64,000 nt of DNA from Massalongia carnosa (lineage: Eukaryota): contig OZ287072.1 in assembly GCA_965645245.1 (NCBI GenBank), positions 1,240,001-1,304,000 on the forward strand, written 5' to 3'. Position numbers and translations under genes: made by a program. The notes under the pieces are model-generated. The model saw only the letters and a list, made by a program, of their open reading frames with translations, had not been told where the DNA came from and ran no database searches. Below, piece after piece: positions 37,501 through 51,458 of this stretch (position 1 is its first letter; every line of letters starts with the position of its first letter).

Positions 37501-38491
37501 CGTTCATTTAGAGCTTTGTGAGATTGACTTTAAGAGAAGGAAAGCCGAGAAAGAGAAAACCAAGCCTTCAACTACGTCTCCAAGCAAGACGGCAGCTATT
37601 GATCAGGATGAACTCGACCTGATTGGTGGAACCACAGAAGATGACTTTACCGAGGCAATGACCCACATAAGGGAGCGAGAGTTGCTCTTTGGCGAAAACT
37701 CCCTTCTGTCAAATTTCGCACCTCTTGTCACGGAAATATGTTCCAACAACACCGCCTATAAGGACGACGACCTTCAGGCCGCTGCTACCTTATGCATGGG
37801 AAAGCTCATGTGTGTATCGTCTGAGTTTTGTGAAAAAAACCTCCCGCTTCTTATTACAATCATGGAAAAATCCCAAAATGCTGTCACACGGAGCAATGTT
37901 GTGATTGCCCTGGGAGACATGGCTGTTTGCTTCAATCACCTGATCGATGAGAACACCGACTTTCTGTATAGAAGACTCAATGATAACGATGCCTCGGTTA
38001 AGCGAACTTGTCTTATGACTTTAACTTTCCTCATTCTTGCTGGACAGGTCAAGGTCAAGGGTCAACTGGGGGAGATGGCAAAGTGTTTGGAAGATTCAGA
38101 TAAGCGAATTGCCGATCTATCGCGAATGTTTTTTACCGAGCTTGCGACTAAGGACAATGCGGTCTACAATCATTTCATAGACATGTTTTCTTTGCTCAGC
38201 GCGGAAAAAGATCTTGAAGAGGATGCACTGAAGAGAATCATTAAGTTTTTGTCCTCTTTCATTGAGAAGGTGAGTTGTGAGAAATGGTAGAAATGACTAC
38301 TGCGGCTGATCATGTCATAGGACAAACACGCCAAACAGCTTGCGGATAAACTTTCTGCTCGGCTCGCACGCTGTGAAAGTGAGAGGCAGTGGAACGATGT
38401 AGCGTACGCGCTCTCCCTCCTGCAGCACAAGAACGAGGAGATTCAGAAAACAGTCAGCGCAGGATTTCGCGTTGTCCAAGCTACTGCTTGA
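34579..38491 (+). CDS. YCS4: Condensin complex subunit 1 (Cnd1/Ycs4/CAP-D2)
   Basis: HAFKVLCIAVKHHG; LEDKSSNVRRNAIKLL; ELDLIGGTTEDDF; RSNVVIALGDMAVCFNHLIDENTDFLYRRL; LILAGQVKVKGQLGEMAKCL; multiple introns. Confidence 0.95.
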
Positions 38492-38588
38492 CGAACAACA
38501 GAACTTTGACGACGTTCAAAACTGTGGTAGTCTTTGTTGAAGGAGTATCGGCGTTGTTGGCGGAGACCTGATTTTGAGATACCCGGGC

Positions 38589-39283
38589 TCAGCCTGAAGG
38601 CGGCGATTGGGGTTCATCTTCGTACTCATTGCCATAGCTCATCCTAGCGGTTGCCGCGCCTTCCTTAACAAAAAGCACGAACCTGAATGCCGAATTACCA
38701 TTGAGGTAATAACGATGAAGGCGTTTACTCCTTAAGAAGCCAAGCCTTTCGTATAGCTTCATTGCAGCAGTATTAGTGACTTCTGTCTCAAGCGCAATCT
38801 AAGGAATTCAGCTATGAGCAAATAACGAAATGTCATTGGTGCACGCGATGCACATTTACCTCGTCAGCATTGCGCTCGATCATAACATCGATGGCCATCC
38901 GAACAAGCTTCGTGGCAATACCTTTGCCACGGTGCTCCTCCTTGACCGCTAGCATGGCTATGTAACCCCTCAGCGGACCACCCCTATGCGACTCCAGCTT
39001 CGAAATCACCACGCCAAGCAAATTTTCTTCTGTGTCTAGCGCCTGTGGGAGTTTAGCGATGATTGACTTCAAATACTGATGTGGTTATCTCGACCATGAA
39101 GCAGAGATCCCCCCATTGGTAAAGAAAATACCTGTACACGTAAATGCTGTATGGTTCGGAAAGATCTGTCGATATCAAGTGTCGGATGGCGGAGAGGTAG
39201 GTGGATTCCTTGCTACTGTGATATTGGATGTACTGTAGCTCAGAGGACGGCCTGGAAACGTTAGATGATTGATTCTCGCTCAT
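38589..39283 (-). CDS. MAK3: N-alpha-acetyltransferase 30 (NatC catalytic subunit)
   Basis: DLSEPYSIYVYRYFLYQW; RGYIAMLAV...RGKGIATKLV; IALETEVTNTAAMKLYERLGFLRSKRLHRYYLNGNSAFR; two introns. Confidence 0.95.
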
Positions 39284-39597
39284 CGCGAGTGTAGCCAGTA
39301 GGACAAAATAGTATGAGGCTGTGATTGAGATGGCACGCGGGTGAAAAACTGTCGCTGTGTGCCACTATAATTTGGTGCCTAAGGTAAAGGTCGCCCCACC
39401 AAGTTATAGTGGTACACAGTGACAGTTATTTTTTCACCCTCGTGGATGGTCAAGAACCGGTGGATTCAGCCCGATAAGGCGAAAGCGGGATCTTCAGCCT
39501 TATGGCAGCATGGCATGTGATGACGTCCTGATGTTTTGCGTCAAGATTTACATATGTATCCGCGCGTTCTAGAACGGAGATCTCCATTATCTTCACC

Positions 39598-41769
39598 ATG
39601 TCTTCTCTCAGGCGTCGACTGCTTGGGGAATCTTTAGCTGATCCTTCGCGAGATTCCTCGCCGTCTAAGGGAGAATCGCTCACACTAGTCTCAACCTCCA
39701 AGCTCAAGTCCTTGACGAAGAAGAGAAGTAAGCGACGGAACGGATTGATATTTGGCTTAGGTGGCTTGTTTGGTATCTTTCTTGCGGCCTTCTTTGCAAG
39801 TCGGCATGATGTAATAAACTTCGAGGGGCTGATGGATCTGAATCTGGAATCACTCATCGATGTGATCCCCGCAGGAATTGTGAAGGACGCAAAAGATATC
39901 ACGGTACGCTCTTCTGTAGCAATTCCGACTTTAGAGAGATACCCAAGCTGAAAGCTGATATAGCTGGTGGCATTAGCGCGGCGAACGGGAAGCTGTCAAT
40001 TATGATTCATTCTCCGTTGGATTACATCTTCAAGCGCAAGGGGTGAGGGCGTTGCATCCTGTCATTATGATCCCAGGGGTCATCTCCACAGGCCTGGAAA
40101 GCTGGGGAACGGCAGAAACATCACGGCAGTACTTCCGAAAACGATTGTGGGGCAGTTGGAGTATGATGAGAGCGCTGGTTTTAGACAAAGCAAGCTGGAA
40201 GAAACATATTATGTTGGACAAGCTTACCGGGTTGGACCCTTCTGGCATCAAACTACGAGCCGCCCAAGGTTTCGATGCCGCAGACTTGTGAGAATTTGCA
40301 AGTTAGAGGCATCACCACAGACGTGGAACTGACAAGTATGGTAGCTTCATCACCGGCTATTGGATCTGGAACAAAATCTTAGAGAACCTTGCTACCATTG
40401 GTTATGATCCGTATGGTTCTCTTCCTTGCTGCATTACCTAGAAGATCTAGCTTACGACTTGAAGGACAAATGCATTCACAGCTGCCTACGATTGGCGCTT
40501 ATCGTGCGCGAACCTCGAGAAGCGCGATCAATATTTTTCTCGGCTCAAGTCCCATATTGAAGTCGCACTCCTCACATCGAACGAAAAAGTTGTCCTCGTT
40601 TCGCATAGCATGGGCTCCCAGGTTCTCTTTTACTTCTTCCATTGGGTTCAAGCTAAAGGCCACGGCAATGGCGGACCAAGTTGGATCAACAAAAACGTAG
40701 ACTCGTGGATAAACATCAGCGGATCCATGCTTGGGGCGCTGAAAGGTTTTCCGGCCGTGCTTTCGGGCGAGATGAAAGACACCGCTCAGCTCAACGCCTT
40801 CGCCGTTTACGGCCTCGAAAAGTTTCTTGCCAAGGTGGAACGCGCCGAGATCTTCCGCGCCATGCCCGGCGTATCCAGCATGCTTCCCAAAGGCGGTAAC
40901 GCGGTCTGGGGCAACAAGACATTCGCGCCCGACGACCAACCAGGCCAAAAGGTCAGTTACGGCACCTTCATCAACTTCAAGGAAAGCAACTCAACGCAGT
41001 CCCCCGCCAACCTGACCGTCGAAGAGAGCATCCACTACCTGCTAGAGCACAGCGACACATGGTACAAGGCCCAAGTGCTGGAAAACTACTCGCACGGCGT
41101 GGCGCACACCACCGCCGAAGTCGAGGACAACGAGCGCGACCCGCGCAAGTGGATCAATCCGCTCGAAACCCGCCTCCCGTTCGCACCGCACCTGAAGATC
41201 TACTGCTTCTACGGCATCGGTAAGTCGACGGAGCGCAGCTACTTTTACCGCGAGGATCAGGACCCCGCCTCCAGCCTCAACGTTACCATCGACACCTCTC
41301 TCACAATGGGCGAGGTTGATCATGGCGTTATCCCCGGTGAGGGCGACGGCACTGTACCTTTGCTCAGCAATGGGTATATGTGCGCGAAGGGGTGGCGCAT
41401 TAGACGTTATAATCCCGCCGGCGTGCAAGTAAAGGTATACGAAATGCCGCATGAGCCAGATCGGTTTTCGCCCAGGGGAGGCCCCAACACAGGTGCGTTT
41501 TATCTGAACCTCAAAACTTAAGTTGTCTTCACCCAAAGAGGAGGTATTTAAAGATTCTTCTTTTGCCTTCCAAAGCTTCCTGTTGGAAATAGCACTTACG
41601 CTTTCTGGGGTTCCGGGTGTTAGGTGACCACGTCGACATCCTCGGTCGCTCCTCGCTTAACGATCTCATCCTTCGTGTCGCGGGCGGGAAGGGCGACCAT
41701 ATTGAGGAAAACTATGTTTCCCGTATCCGCGAATACTCGGAGAAAGTAAAGATTTATGAAGAAGAGTGA
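39598..41769 (+). CDS. LRO1: Phospholipid:diacylglycerol acyltransferase (LCAT family)
   Basis: N-terminal TM segment; HPVIMIPGVISTGLESW; AAYDWRL; lipase motif SHSMG; GEGDGTVPL; RGGPNT / GDHVDILG. Confidence 0.95.
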
Positions 41770-44673
41770 AACACACATCTCGAGTTTTTGGAGAGGGGGT
41801 GCCGGGAAATGATCGTAGGGGAGGGGGAGGGTTGGTTTGTATTTTTTTGTACATTAGATAAAACTCGAGCTAAAATTGGCATTGGGTTTAGGTTTGGATT
41901 CGTGGCCGACAACAGGGAGGAAATGGTGCATTTAACCTGTCACGGCATTCATAAGAGGGGAAGGGAAGCAGTGCTGGGTGTTTTTTTCTTCAAAGGTCGC
42001 GGTGTGATTTAACCTATACATAGAACATAGCCTACCTTTATATATCATGCATTAGTTGGGTCTAACAGACTGGCAGGTCCACCGGTAGGTAGTTTTACGT
42101 GGCTAGCGGCTCGGTATTTGCTATATGCATCATTCTACTTTAGGTACTTATCTACTTGCTCATACCCTACGACTCTTCCTTCCATTCCTCCCTCACAACC
42201 CCTATCAACCCCCCTTCTTTTCCCCCTTTATTCCTCCCTTCATTCCCCCCTTCTTTCCCCCCTCCTCCAACAATTCCCGCTCAGACCCGTCCATCTATCC
42301 ATCCATCGGTTCCCTCATCGAACCCTAACCCCCCAAAGCCTATTACTCGAGCAAGTAATAAATAAGCCCCCCCTTCTCCTCGGTCGTAAGTCTGAGGGAA
42401 TATATAGATCCCTTCTCCAACAGCGTTTGCGGCGTTGCGTTGCGTTGTTTGGATTGTGCGGGGGAGGTCGAGGGGAAATATATCGATTGGAAAGGGGAGG
42501 GGGGATGGAAAGGATGGACGAGAAGGAAATGGGAGGGAAACAAACGGGGAGAGGCAAAGTTATACTTGGTAGGAAAAAACAGGGTGGGAGGAGAAAGGAG
42601 AGGCGGATGGACGTTTGACTACACTTTGAGCTTTGCTAAAAAATACTTCCCTCCAGCTACCCGAAGCATTTACCCAGCGCCGCTAATCAAGCTCCCACGA
42701 AGCTCCCGCGCGGTTGATATACGAAGACCGCCAAAAGAGCGAGGGCAACTAATCGCCATATGGAGTATATTTTGTTTATATATCTTCTAGATATAGGGAT
42801 TTTCTAATAACTTTATCACAAATTCTTCGTCCGCCCTGGTTTCGTAGTTCCCGCTCGGTGGTGCCTAAATCGATGCCGACAGAGAGCACTGGGTATTTTC
42901 CCAAGCGAGAACGCTGGAGGAATAAACAGGTCTATCAATTCAAGTAGCATCATCGAGTAATAAGGGTAGAAAAAATAATTCAAATGATTTTACAGAAGAG
43001 TAGAGACAGGATGAAGCTTAGCCAAGGGGAATCAATGGATAGCAGAAGGGAGTGATTGGCACAGTTGACCTTCTGAAGCACATTCGAGTCTAAGTGAATA
43101 AGTCATCTGGAGGAGATAGAATGATGGATGGACAACAAAACTGCAACAGTCGCACAAAAATATGATGGGCTGCATCAGCCCGGTTTTTCAAAATGCTCGA
43201 TCTCGCTTCGAGGAAGACGGTATGCCACTATACCCGTACACTGTAAACTCGGTGCCCTGTACCAACCCTAAAACATGCGAGGGACAACAGGCACAGAGCA
43301 GGGTGCCCTGCATTCAAGTCATATTCAATAGCACATTGGTCTCCCATAACAAAAGCGTCACATGCACAACGATTCTAATAACGTTAAGATCTTTTACACG
43401 CTATTACAAACGTACCTGGGGCTTGAATCTTGGAAGGATTTCCGAAGCTCTGGTCAGTCCACAATAGATTAGGCTTTGAGGCATGTCCTTAAGGCGTACT
43501 AGGCATTTCGAGTTCTGTTCAGCGAGAATAAGGAAAGATTCAATGATTAAGAACAAGGTCAGAAATATCATGCCCAGAAAGCACTAGCTGACTAACTTTA
43601 GTTTTCTAAGCCTTTAAAGCTCTATGCAACTGACTCTTCTTCTTCGAATGTGTATTTACCAAGATCTCTAAAACGATCCAAAGTTCTCCTCACGGCTTCT
43701 CGAGAATGTGTCCAGAGACGTATACGATGACCTGAGTGAGAACGCGGGCGTCATCAAGGCCGCAGAGGATGGGAGAAATACAAACGTGGGTACGATAGCG
43801 TTGAATCCAAACAGTTTCGCTGAAGGCTGAGCGGTTATGTTGAGAGCGAGCGGAACATATTAGAAGGGAGAAGAGCGGCTAATATACATTCAGCTGACTA
43901 AGCATAGAAACTTCCAGAACGAGGGCAGAACAAGTAAGCAAACGCACTTGCCCAGGAAAATCAAGCTACTTGGTCGGGGTGGCTCTCCCTGATCCAAATC
44001 AAGATTCTCGACTGGAAAGGTTCCTCTTCGGATCTTTAGACTGCTCGAAATCTCCCATGTGTATTCTCCGTCTCGAGATAGATGCCGAAAGTTACAAATA
44101 TACCGTAATTCTCGGTAGCCACATCTTCAGTACGTTCTCATCCTGGAAGCCAGATGAACCAGTATCCCTTCGAGTGCGGATTGAAGTAAAACTAGTCCTG
44201 TGACTACCACATCCTAGAGCCATAAGGCGACCTTCCTAATCTAACTACGCTGGGGTCGAAATAGTAGATTACTAACCGTTAAGCGTCAAGCGCCGGCGTC
44301 AAAATTGGTCTAAAATTAAATGAGAATCGCCGGAAATAGATGCGATCCGAGTGTACATACATAGGTACAAAGTACTTGATAGATATTAAAGAGGTAAGCT
44401 GTCATGCTTAGACCGTTTTGATATTAAGCCTTGAGCCCGCCTCTGATCTAAAGACTCTGTATAGGTGGTGACCGTAACTGCGATTTCCGGTAAAAGAATT
44501 CGCCTTATCTATGGTGGCTTGATTTTCAATTGACTCACACTGTTGTTGTAGCTTTATGTAACTTTTCTGTCAAGACTTTCGCGTATCTTCAAATAGTTTC
44601 GACCAACCCATGTTATTGCAATTCATTTTCCACAAAAGCTTCATGAAACTTCGTCCACATAGTGTTCCTCAGC

Positions 44674-47600
44674 ATGAATGGTGTTGGGGACCCCGACAGT
44701 CGTCATGACCATAACGACTCGGCAGACGTGGACACTCAGATCTCACGTGCCTTACAAGTAGTACACAACCCGAGATCATCCAACGTCTTACGCCAGGAAG
44801 CATCTCAATACCTTGAAGATGTAAGGTCCGACAAGGAGGCCCCGTATCATGGATTTGGGTTGGCGTCAAATCGAACACAGCCAGCAATCGTACGTCATTT
44901 TGGCCTCTCGTTGTTGGATCAGGCCATACGTCATCGATGGGGTGAATATATGCTCGAACAACGGACGGCGCTGCGTGATTGGGTCCTGCAGCTTTCGGAG
45001 GGAGTGACTGGAGATGATCCGTTGTACATTCGCAACAAGATTGCTGAGACATGGGTGGAAGTTGCAAAGAGAAGCTGGGTGGTGGAATGGATGAACATGG
45101 ACGAGCTGCTGGTTCGGATGTGGGATGGCTCGGTCGCTCAGAAAATGCTTGTATTGACCGTCTTAGAGACACTATCGGAAGATATATTTGGACATGAGGA
45201 TGCGACAGCAGGTTTACGAGGTACCGATCTTAACCGAGCTTGTGTGGACATCTTCACCCCAGCCACAGTCCTTATCGAGCAGTTTCCATCTAGAGATACG
45301 AGCATCAATGTCAGATATGGCAAAGAAGGCTGGCTTTCCCGAATAGGGGACCTAATCGACTGGTGCACCAATGACAGCCATATCGACAAAATCCAACAAG
45401 TATGTGCCATAAAGTGCCTCACCACTCTCAAATCAGCCATAGGTTGGATCATACCCAAGGCATTGGTTAACACTAGTTCATTGCGGAGAATATGTAGATG
45501 TTTAGCCGCTGCAAACATGGGTATTCAGTTGGTAAGTACGTGTTGTGGAGCTCCCGAGCAATTTAGCCACTAACTATGCAATCATTTAGGCCGCTGTCGA
45601 TGCACTATATACTCTATACAACCGTTCACGATTTTCGGAAGACGACTTCAGGGAATTAGTATGTCCTTTGTATGGACAGGAAATTATCGAATTACTCCAG
45701 AAACTGTATGAGTGGTCCATCGTGGATGCCTCAAACATAGACGAGGAAAAATATCTTCTGTCAAAAAAATTTTCTGAAGTAAGCTAGCTCGACCATATTT
45801 TACAACCTTCCTATGCTGATCAGTAACCGAAAAGATGATTTTCAACATCGGTAGGTTACTTGAAGAGAGACCTGCTACAATATCACGAGAGAACGACTTA
45901 GGAAGTTTCTTCGATCTCTTGTTGAGTATCGTTAAAAACAAGAGTCTGCACGTTTCGATTCCTGCGCTCCATCTATGGGTTAAGCTGTTAAGCTCTGAGA
46001 AAATTGGAGGTTCGCCTGCAGTTACGGCTCGCATTGGGGAGTTACTTGAAACCTGCAGTCATCGGATGATACGATACGAGGCTTTACCTGAGGATTCGCC
46101 GAATCCCAGCATAGTTTTTCTTAACCAGGATGTTGATACGATGCCTGAGCGGCACGCGTTTCTTGGGAATTATAGTAGATTTTGTAATCAAATTGTGGAG
46201 AGTATCGTACAAAAGCAGCCTGTTGATGCTCTCTATCATATTCTTTCACAAGCAGACCATGTCCTAGATCATCTGTATGATGGAGAGCCATCTTTTCAAC
46301 GTGGGGCAAACAGTTCCTATACTAAATTGAAGCTGACAGCGTGCAGCTCAAACGTATTCGAAAATGTCTATTCCGCTGCTACGAATCGATGCACAATTCT
46401 CCGTGATCGAAGCTGCCCTAAAAGGATGTGCAAAGTGGCTGTCGAACCGTAGCAATTCCACCGATGTGAGTTAAGTGTCCTAAAAAATACTTCAGGAAGC
46501 TGATCCTAAACTAGGAACGCGAGTACGATGTAATGACCTCAAATTTACAAGTGTGGTGTGATCGATTACTGGGTCTCACCTTTGAAGTAATTTTCTTGCA
46601 AGAAACCGTAGAGCTGATATTGACATATCACAGGATCCATTGATAAAGGAACGAGTGATCCAACTCGCAGTCGGGTTTGCAACGGGACCCCTGAAACGGA
46701 ATGCACCGTTTGCTTTTAGAGTCTTCGAATATACTCTGAATACCCGATTCCCTGATGACCTGACCTCGACAGCTTATAGCGATGCAGTGAAGGATCTTCA
46801 TGGGTTTTGTCTTCTTCAACTACAACGGCTTGCAATGCGCTTCCCAGATTATCTTATCGTAAGTGCGGTGAAGTTCTTCTAAATTGACATTCCTACTAAC
46901 GTGTGTAGACCATCTTCGATGAAGTGGAGAAGAGAATAGATGGACTGCGTCAATCGGCTGTAGACGAGCAAACCCGTATTCGGTATACCGCGGTACTGTT
47001 CATAATAACGTAAGGATTTGTTTCTGAAATCTAGAGTTTTTTGGGTAGCTAAAAATATTGTAGGCATCGTGCTACAAGTCTCGACCAACAACCACGTGAG
47101 GCAAGACTTGAGCAATCCCTACAACCAGCAGTTGCTCAGTGGCAGAGTGATGTGCTTAGCCGCTCACTCTCCTCGTTCGATGGGTTTTGCGAGCTTCTCG
47201 GTTTGGGTAGTATACAGCAGTATATTTCAGTCCGAAGGCTGCATCAAGTACCAGAATGGTCGTTACACACACTCGATGAAGAAGGAAAGCTGCTTCAGTT
47301 ACATATGCAAACTGCGTTGGAGGTCTGCGCCTATTAACACCAACTAAAAGAGCAAAACTTACTAGAGATAGCATCTGCCACTTCGAGCAACAAAAACTTT
47401 GTTGAGTGTCAGCGTCGAGAAACTTGAACCAGGTTCTCGACCTTACAACATGGCATGCGGTCTATGGCAAAACAAGATACCTCTCATTTTACCGAGTCTT
47501 CTCCGCTTCATAAGGTACGTTATGCGTATAATTTCCCCTGCGCTTTGATCTGCTGACTTTTCAGTTGGGCGCATGCATTTCATGAACCCGCAAACTGGGC

Positions 47601-48893
47601 GCATCTTCCCCTTGAATTGAGGCATATCGTGCATCGGATCTTGACCGACCGATTCTGGCAAGTGGGTATTTCCACAGGAAGTCGAGATGAGTTTTACGCC
47701 AAAGTTGGTGGCACTAAGAAGACTGTGGAAGGGTTTGCTTCGTCGATTCGTGCTACTATGAGGGCAGTTCGTGAAACGGGGTATCGGATTCTTTACTACA
47801 TGAGTCTCCTTGGAGAGCAATTCTATGGCTATGAGGAGTTACCGGGACCTCTGGCTCGTGCTCTTTTCACGGACGCATGCGCTTTATCGACACACCAAAT
47901 GGCAATCATGGTGGAGATGATTCGTCCAATCATAGATAACTGCCCAGCGGCGCTACGAAGTCACTTTCTTCCCCCGATACTTGCGGCTCTGTTCCAACAG
48001 CTTGATCGTAAAGCAAGCATCGAATGGGATCAGTCAGAACAAAGGAACGAAGCTGCTTCTGAGAGCGACAACCTTGCTGATGAAATGAGAGACGAGAGTA
48101 TCCTTAGGCAATTAACATTTACTTCGGTGATGGTGGTTGTTGGGCTTTTGGATCCACAAAAAGCCAGTAAGTTCTTCTCAACAAAGAACCGACTCCGGTT
48201 CATCGTTAATTGACGACAGATCCTTCAGGGCTAGAAGCAACACTAGACGAAGCCTCCATGGACTCGTTGAAAACCGTCCCTAATTCCATAAGATCATTTG
48301 TGCTAAACACACCCGAGATCCTGAAGCCTGTCATCCTTTTCTGCACCCACGCCCTCCGCATGCGCGACACCCGCTCCTGCTCTTTCATCACGCGCGTCCT
48401 CCGCTCACTCGTACCCGAATTCGATAGTTCCAGCCCTGTTGCCGTCGATGTGCGCGAGTTCATCTCGCTTGAGGTGCTGAAGGCGTGTATCACATCGCTG
48501 CACGACTCTTACTTTGTTGATCTACAGAAGGATCTCGCACAACTAATCGCCAGCATAGTCACGACGTATGGCACCAAGACCGACACCCCACGCAACATCC
48601 TACTTTCGCTGCCCTCCATGACTGCCAGTCGGGTTGACATAGCTCTGGAAAACTTATTCAAGGCACCACAGAATAGCCGCCAGCAGCGCTCCGTCGTGCT
48701 GGCTTTGTTAGAGGGGCTACGCGGTGTAAGTATTAGCGAACAAGGAAAGATTGCCAAGCCGGATACCAAAAAGCTACGGTCGGCGATGCAGGAGAGATAT
48801 ATGGCCGTGGATGTGCAGCCGGAGGGGCATAAGGAGGCGAGTCCAGAGCTTGGGGGGATCGCTAACATGTTCGGCCAGCCGGATATGAAATAA
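44674..48893 (+). CDS. MSN5: Exportin-5 / Msn5 karyopherin (multi-exon)
   Basis: Importin-beta-like N-terminus (ALQVVHNPRSSN..RQEASQYLE; VRHFGLSLL); RYEALPEDS; DTMPERHAFLGNY; RILTDRFWQVGIS; EMRDESILRQLT; about nine introns. Confidence 0.88.
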
Positions 48894-49103
48894 TTAGGGC
48901 CTTTTTTATGCCAGCAAAGGTGTTGAGGGAAAAGAGCCTGGCTTTTCGAAGCCCGGTCAAGGTTTAGTATCATTTTGCGTCATTGGTCTACAGTTTTTAG
49001 ATGGTTTCAGAGCATGCGTTTCGACAGCTGTAGCATAGAATCCGGGTTCATAAAATGCGCACGCCAGATGTGGTTATACTTGGATTGGCAACGTATTTAC
49101 AAA

Positions 49104-49872
49104 TCACTCCGTGACATGCTGCGGCGTCACTGCATAGGTAGGGCGCACGAATCTAGCAACAAGTCGAGAAATCAGCCGACACCTTTGCTTCCAACATTGC
49201 GCATAAAATCTTTTCTCTCAGTTGCCCGAACTGGAGTCTCCATATTCATAAAGCAATCTCGCTTCACCAGCCCCAAACCTCTTTCCCCCGACGAAGAATC
49301 GATCGGAATGAAAAAGCAAGACATACCTATCACTGTGGTAAACCTTCATTTCCCCACCCATCAGCTCCTTCTCCCTCGCCTTATCAGCCCAGTGCCGCCG
49401 TACAAGATCCCGGTCCTCTTCCGCCTGCAGCAGCGGTATCAGGTGGATGCGCGACCACATCTTCTCACGGGCTAGTTCACTATGTTTCGCCAGCATCTGG
49501 TATTAGCATAGCCTTAGCATATGTGTCGAGTGAATTGAGTCGTTTGTGAGATAGATGATAGCGATATTCTAGATCAAAGCACTGAGTTGAAAGGGATGTT
49601 GAAAGGAATTGGGCGAGGGGGGATTTGGGGGAACGCGTACTTCGCCTCGCGGATGCCCTGTCCCACTCTGTAGAAGCCGTATGTCATTATCAGGCCCATG
49701 CCTAATAAGTAATATGAGGGGCGGAAGCCTCGGGCGGGTATGTTGCGCTGTTATTTCGTAGAGGGAGGTAATTAGCTTTTATGGCAATTGTAGCGGGGGG
49801 ATGAAGCGAGAAGACGGTTACTTTGTATTGTATGGGGTCATAACCGCCGACGGGGGGAAGATCTTGCGCCAT
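49104..49872 (-). CDS. NDUFA13: NADH:ubiquinone oxidoreductase subunit A13 (GRIM-19/B16.6)
   Basis: MAQDLPPVGGYDPIQYK / RNIPARGFRP... / ELAREKMWSRIHLIPLLQAEEDRDLVRR...VYHSDR / FVRPTYAVTP; three introns. Confidence 0.93.
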
Positions 49873-50318
49873 GGGGATGTTAGTTGTGAGACGGTGGGTG
49901 AAATGGGGGATGGAGGAAGGGGGAGGTTGTGGTGAATTAGAGGTTGGTTTATCGATATATAGGTAGGTATAATATTCATCTTTTGGTGTAAAGGCACATG
50001 TGAGGGTGTCGTACTCAGTTCTACGCACCGGCAGTTCCAACCTCAACATTAAGAACCTTCAAATAGTTTAGCTTCCTTAGCCGGCGGTCCTACTGGCTGA
50101 GTGATTTAGGAACGACATGATTTTTTAAATATATGGATAAGAACGATACGTTGTAGAAGAATTTCCAAGCTCTCGATCAGCAATACTGTATATTTAAACA
50201 CCGCTTTGTTATGTCACAGACTCGGTTCTTCATGACCATAGGTTGATGATGAACGGGGCGTCAAACTCTTGAGATTCCAAGGAGCATTTCAATACACCAG
50301 AACCACACGCTTAGCAGT

Positions 50319-51458
50319 ATGGAGGATTCTCCAGCGGCCAAGGATCCACCTTTGTCCAAAAATAGACTTAAAAAACTAATGCGAGACCAGAAATGGGAGG
50401 CAGAGCGTGCAATGCGGAAAGTCAAGCGCAAGGAGAAGCTCAGGGAAAAGAAACAACAAAATAGAGCTGCGCATGAAGGAACGTCAGCGAATGATCCTGA
50501 CCTAAATACAACAGCGAATGGCAAAATCGACAAGAAAGGTGGCCGCAATGCACAAAGGCTACGCTTCTCGGACTCAATCCAGTTGCCGGTCTCTATTATT
50601 TTGGATTGTGGGTTTGACAATCTTATGACGGAAAAAGAACATAAATCGCTGGCTGCGCAAATCACACGATCCTACTCGGACAACCATAAAGCACCATTTT
50701 GCGTGCACCTGGCTATTAGCTCGTTTGGAGGCTATCTCAAAGGTAGATTTGATAGTATATTATCTGGCCACTACTCCAATTGGAAGAATGTTAGATTCTT
50801 GGACGGAGATTTCGTTGAGGTTGCAGTTCAGTCCAAAGATTGGATGAAGGGAGAGCAGGGCGGGAAAGTAGCTGGTGCATTGTCATCGAAGGAAGAATCA
50901 CAACAAGTACCCATCAGCGAGCAATCCAATATGGGAGAAGTGGTATACTTGACTAGTGACAGCCCGGATACGTTGACTGAGTTGAAACCCTATAGTACTT
51001 ACATTGTTGGAGGGCTCGTTGATAGGAATAGACATAAGGGCATCTGCTACAAACGGGCAATGGACCGAGGCATGAAGACGGCAAAATTACCGATTGGAGA
51101 TTACATAGAAATGGCTAGTAGGTTTGTCTTGGCTACCAATCATGTTTCCGAGATTATGGTTCGATGGCTTGAGTTGGGAGACTGGGGCGAAGCATTTCTG
51201 CGGGTGATGCCCAAAAGAAAAGGGGGTGTGTTGAAAAGCCGAGTTGACGGAGCTTCCAAGGATCATGGAGCTAACGCTATGTTTAACGGCGATGATGAAA
51301 CAGAATTGGAAGACAGAGACAAAGAGGAGGATGGCAACGAAGAGCAAGAAGAAGTGAGAGAGATGGAGGCTCCTGCTTCCAGGGGTGGTGATGGTTGCTT
51401 AGAAGCAAATACCGGCGGTGCAGAGTTGGACATCAAATCCTCTGAAGAAGAGGCCTGA
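50319..51458 (+). CDS. TRM10: tRNA (guanine-9-N1)-methyltransferase
   Basis: IILDCGFDNLM; VYLTSDSPDTL; YIVGGLVDRNRHKG; TAKLPIGDYI; VLATNHV; AFLRVMPKRK. Confidence 0.95.
   Translation: MEDSPAAKDPPLSKNRLKKLMRDQKWEAERAMRKVKRKEKLREKKQQNRAAHEGTSANDPDLNTTANGKIDKKGGRNAQRLRFSDSIQLPVSIILDCGFDNLMTEKEHKSLAAQITRSYSDNHKAPFCVHLAISSFGGYLKGRFDSILSGHYSNWKNVRFLDGDFVEVAVQSKDWMKGEQGGKVAGALSSKEESQQVPISEQSNMGEVVYLTSDSPDTLTELKPYSTYIVGGLVDRNRHKGICYKRAMDRGMKTAKLPIGDYIEMASRFVLATNHVSEIMVRWLELGDWGEAFLRVMPKRKGGVLKSRVDGASKDHGANAMFNGDDETELEDRDKEEDGNEEQEEVREMEAPASRGGDGCLEANTGGAELDIKSSEEEA

Noticed and set aside
43557..43830. Intron-like signals and a protein-like fragment (NDPKFSSRLLENVSRDVYDDLSENAGVIKAAEDG) on the + strand
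   Set aside because: Interrupted by stops, and no gene model could be assembled, so it is not called as a feature.
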